Part shown: positions 59,471 to 64,000 of the stretch, in pieces | Numbering within the stretch: position 1 is the stretch's first letter | Layout: every line of letters starts with the position of its first letter | Origin: Eutreptiella sp. 'Long Island Sound 2002' | Taxonomy: Eukaryota; Protista; Euglenida | Direction: 5' to 3' | Assembly: GCA_964036045.1 (NCBI GenBank) | Contig: OZ038378.1 | Coordinates: forward strand, 170,128,001 to 170,192,000 | DNA length: 64,000 nt | The notes under the pieces: generated by a model | What the model saw: only the letters and a program-made list of their open reading frames with translations | What the model was told of the DNA's origin: nothing | The model's database searches: none | Position numbers and translations under genes: made by a program

Positions 59471-62400
59471 GTTGGGCATGGGAGGCGATGGGGGGGGGGG
59501 GGGCACTGTCCGCAAACCCTTCCAGAGGGGCACCTGCGACAGAGGCCCAAAAGAGGTTTTTGGGAGGGGGGGGGGGGGCGATGTCTGGGCGGGAGGGGGG
59601 AAGGGCTGGGAGGCGGCCAGACGCTTCTGTGCTTCGTATGCCGCCTGTTTCTGCCTTTCCATGAATCCATCCTGGGACCGCAAATACAAAATACAGCATC
59701 GCTTGGACCACTTCTTTGCGCTTTTTGCGCGTAGGCACGGGTGGACTGGGGAGCCAAAGAACGCGCCTGTCAGGCGCTCATGTTATCCGCAACACAAAAC
59801 AGGAGGTACACCAATCAGTTCCTCTTCACGTGCGCCGAAGGCGCAGCAGAAATTGTCGCTGCTGGCGTAACAGGTCCCCAAAACCCTGCTTATTACCTGA
59901 TTTAGAGCTGAGGGGGGACAGTGGGGAGGGGATCCAGAGCAGAGGGAGTCCACGGGGGCAGGCCTCCCCCAACACGCCTGCCGAAATGAAAATCCCAGTA
60001 ACGCCCTGGGGCGGGGGCTTGGTCGGGGCTACCCCAACATATGTGACGGCGCACTGATCATTTTGACTCATACGTCGCATGGAAGTCCAAGCCGCCCATT
60101 TTCAAGCCAGTGCAAGCACTTCAATGCCACCCGTTTGTGGTGCACACAGTGGCCTCAGGGGCCGACATGCAACGCAGCCGCCTTGCAGACACCCTCACCC
60201 AAGGCCCACAGGGCTCATGGCCCGCAGACATGTGCCGCCACGCACCAAGTGGGCTACACCACACAGCGCGCTGCGCAGGCGTTTCCCTTCTGTCAAATAG
60301 CGTCCTGGTCAGGGGGCTTCAATGTGGAAACGGGCCCACAGAAATTGCACAGCGCCCCGTTTCCAGAACCCCCTCCCTCTTTGAATCGGGATTCGAACGT
60401 CCGGGTCCATTTGTAACGTGATCAATAACGCATACACGAGCCGGTATTCTTTCATATGCTTTCGGTCATGATCTGTAAACCACATCCAAAGGCCATTCAG
60501 CAAGGCACTTGCAGATTTTGTGGAGGAGATCATGCAGTCGTGACTGACACCCGTGTAGGTTAGACTGCCCCAAAACAGACTTGATGTGGCTGGGGTACGT
60601 GTCTTGCATCCACTGCTCTAAGGTAAGCCCTTGGGGCCGAACGTGTTCAGGTAGTTTGAGGCAGTCCAATTCCTGACACAAAGAAGGCATGTGCCGCAGC
60701 AGCAACACAAGGCTCCAACACAATCCCACACACCAAAAGCCCCAACAACTTCGGGCAGGGAATCGGTGGGAGATCGTTGTTCTTGGGGGATGGGGGGGCA
60801 CAAAGGCATCAGGCAGGCTTGAACTGAAATGAAGGTGGGGAGAAAAGAAGCGGGAAAACAACGGGAAAAAAGCAAACCATATGTCATGAGACCCCCATTC
60901 CCGATTCCCAGGGCAGTCCCTGGGAGCAAAGAACTGCTGGCGTCCCTCAGACCCTCAAACGCAGCACAACTAGTGGAGGGTAACCGTTGGCGGTTGAGAG
61001 GCAACCGACAGCAGTCAGGGGGGTAGCCGATCACAGACGGGAACGAGGGCCATCCACTGGAGGCAGTCCTTGATGCAAGAAAAAAAACCTGTGGGCATCC
61101 CTAAGGGCTGCGCTGCCAATTGCTGAACAGGTAACCCGCGAAGCTTGCAGCAATCATGCAAAGACATACCACAGGCCCCTCACCAAAGAAATATAACAAA
61201 AAACAACCGGAGGCAAAAAGACGGATGGAATGAAACCAGACGCAAGGGCCAAGTACCCGTGCCAGCAGTCGGTCATTGGAGGTCCCCCCGTAACGAAATC
61301 AGCTGCGAGCCCGGGGCAGCCCTCGGCACAACACGCAGCATTACACACATGCCCATGGGCGAGTTGCGATACACTCACATCCCGTGCATGACATGTGTTG
61401 TTAGGCGTCGAAAGGGGCCAACAGATACCTCCTGCGGCAGATTAGGATCCGCCAACTGGACAAATCGTTCCACCGCAGGTTTCCAATAGAAGCAGTGCTG
61501 TCCGTTGCGTTTGCTGACTGGGGTATCCCTGAACACACGCAGAAATCCAAAAGGAGACGTGGGGCTGACCTGACCCCTTCAATGGGGGTGTCCGACGCTG
61601 CTCTGAACCAACCACAGAACGCGCGCTGACGCGAGTTCAGGGGAGCAACCGGAAATGTGTCCAATGGGCGAAATTTGCGGATGTCGGGGGTACTCTTCTT
61701 CGGGGACACTTGAGGCGGTGGAGGGAGGGGGGGGGGGGGGGGTATTGAGCTCAGCAGAACCTGCGTACAAGATCGGACTGGACACCGACGACGCCTGCAG
61801 GACGTCCCCCGTCCCCGAGCAGGGGCAGGGGGTCCACGCCGAGAGGTGCGCATGAAGTAGCAGGGCCGCTTAAGATGACGTCGAATAGTGTCGACGGGCT
61901 TGTGCGTGTACATCGAGAACGTCCCACGGGGAAGAGGGGGGGGGGGGGGAGGCTGAGTACGTATGCCCGTCAGTACTTCCGGGTGGGGGTGGGGGGTCTC
62001 ATCCCCTCCAAAAGCGCCCGGATTACGCGCTGCGGGCACCCCGTCGGCGTGCGTTCTACGTGCCGGGGATATACGCCATGTGGCCATACGCCGTGCGCGC
62101 CCCCGCCCGGTTTCGCACGATGCCGTGCGTCTGCCCTGTTACCTGCCGATCGCACACATCAATGAATTCTGTGGGTCCAGTGAATCCCACCCATCCACGC
62201 CCCCATCCCCAACCCGCTCCTGCCGTCCCCCCACAACACTGCCCTGGTGGCTCCACGGCACAGACCCCGTCCCGTTACCTTGCAGACCAAACTTGGTACC
62301 ACTCCCTTGAAGTGAGGCCAAAGGGAAGAGAAGACAGTGAGCGTACAAAAAGTGGCGCTTTGTTAAAAAAACCCTTTGAGACACCTGCCGAAGACCATCA

Positions 62401-64000
62401 ACGGTCGGCGGTCGGCATTAACCGGCGGCGGTTCCTTTCCTTCAAAAAAACAGACCATCTCCTGTCCCAAGGCAACCCCCTGCATGGCCTTTCAGGCCCC
62501 TCCAGGGGCTCGGGGGGGGGGGGGGGGGCGCTTGCTGTGAAACCCCGCCAAAAAAATCGTACGGTCTGGGGGGTCGGGCAGAAGGTGGCGCGGCACGGCC
62601 CAGACAAACATTTGTCCACCAACGGATGGGGGTAACGACGTTGTTGCACTGCCATCGATTCAAAGGCTCATAAGCCAAATGAACAGGTATACCTCGTATA
62701 CCTCAGCCAAAACGACACAAAACGACACAAAACGACACAAACACACACTCACACTCAAAACTGCGTCGTTTACACCACAAATCCGAGGCCCTCCGGCACA
62801 CGGCCGCACCCGGGCAGCCCCACGCGCTGTATTGAAAAGCGGACCTGTTCCCGCGAAAAGACACAACCGCTCGACCGAATCCGGACGTTGTCGCCGCCAG
62901 CCTTCGGTGCTACCGCCCCCATCCCCCCCCCTCCGGTGCCCAGCCGACCCCCCCCCCCCGCCGCTGGGGATTCAGAAGGACACGTCTTGTCCCCCTCCGT
63001 CTCCGTGCATCCTCAACCGCTCAGTGTTGACCAGTGAGGGAGCGGATAGTGGCACACATGCTCTTAAATCCCGCGCATTGGCCGCCGGCCCCACCGATAC
63101 GTAGGTTCGGCACCCGCAAAAGTAAAAGCCTCAGCGCAGGTGATGGAGCAGGCAGACCCTCTTCAGAGAAAACAGGGCTGTGCGCCCGGAGACGGTTTCA
63201 ACGATGAAAACTGGGCCACCGCAGAAAATTCTCCAAAAAAAAAAGCCTCGAATACCTTCGACTGGCTCACTGAATCTTTCTGGTACGGGGAGTGGCGAAG
63301 GGCAATGCCGCGCCGTTCACGGCGCAATCCCTGTCACCGCAAACCCATCCCTCGGCCTGTGAAGCGACCTCCCCGTCCTGGGCCAGAGGTGTTGCACAGT
63401 GCGCGCGGAGGTGCCCGGTCCGGGGCCAGGAGGGGGTGTGGGGGCTGGTAGGACTGCATGGGGGGGGGGGGCACCTGCATTTGGGCGGGGCATGGGTCTG
63501 AGTCCGGGCACGGTTCTCAATGGCTGTGGGCATAAGGATGGGTCTAGGGGTGTGGCTGGGGCAGAGGTGCGGCACGCAGGCCATACCGGGGAGGGCCTGG
63601 GTGGAGAAAGGCCATGCCATGGTCCAAGTACAAAAAATCCGGAGGTCCTGGATGGGGAATGTTGTTGGCCTTGTTTTTGCACCGCTTGGCCTTGCATCCC
63701 CCAACGACGTAATTGTTCTGTATGCAAATGGCAGCAATAAAACCGGAACATGGGTGGCTCAGGTGGCAAAAGATACGGAGGCTGGGCCACCATGCGGCCC
63801 TCGGTGCAGATCCTCGACTCTTTCTTCCCAGTTTCTACCTCCGTAGTTTCATGTCCGTGGCCCCTGATCGAGGGTGGTCGGCGGTTGTGTGACGGCGGTT
63901 GGCGCTTGAATGACCTTCTTTGGTGCCCCATCGGTCAGCAGTCGTACCAACTCAATCTAAGCTCCAAATGGAAGAGACTTCCTGGATACATTCGATACGG

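Noticed and set aside
63640-63840. Possible RNase H start (VIVLYANGSNKTG)
   Set aside because: The catalytic Asp is absent, downstream motifs are not found, and it lies near the window edge.

Overview
Repeat-rich eukaryotic nuclear DNA, very probably from a euglenid: 14620-14645 matches the Euglena spliced-leader exon, as I recall it, at 25/26 nt. Two protein genes can be modelled. One is an intronless SAM-dependent methyltransferase of the CFA-synthase/coclaurine N-methyltransferase family (18833-19975, minus). The other is an 8-exon, GT-AG, phase-consistent gene for a ~949-aa coiled-coil protein (34691-55244, minus). The rest is transposon-derived or repetitive. The main element is an ~8-kb near-full-length non-LTR retrotransposon (~5373-13435, minus). 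It has an ~840-codon ORF1 and an ~1710-codon ORF2 (2A-like motif, APE, RT, RNase H, Zn knuckle, long helical tail), broken only by four in-frame stops, with a -1 ORF1/ORF2 overlap carrying a slippery heptamer. Also present: a second 5'-truncated APE-RT-RNaseH-CCHC element (21660-25985), older RT/RNase H fragments, a TIR/MITE family, and tandem TA-flanked TIR elements with 162-bp subrepeats. Smaller features include tRNA-derived relics, a degenerate virus-fibre-like repeat, repeats that mimic miniature spliceosomal introns, and an AT-rich organelle-like island. All assignments come from reading the sequence and motif recall; no searches were run.
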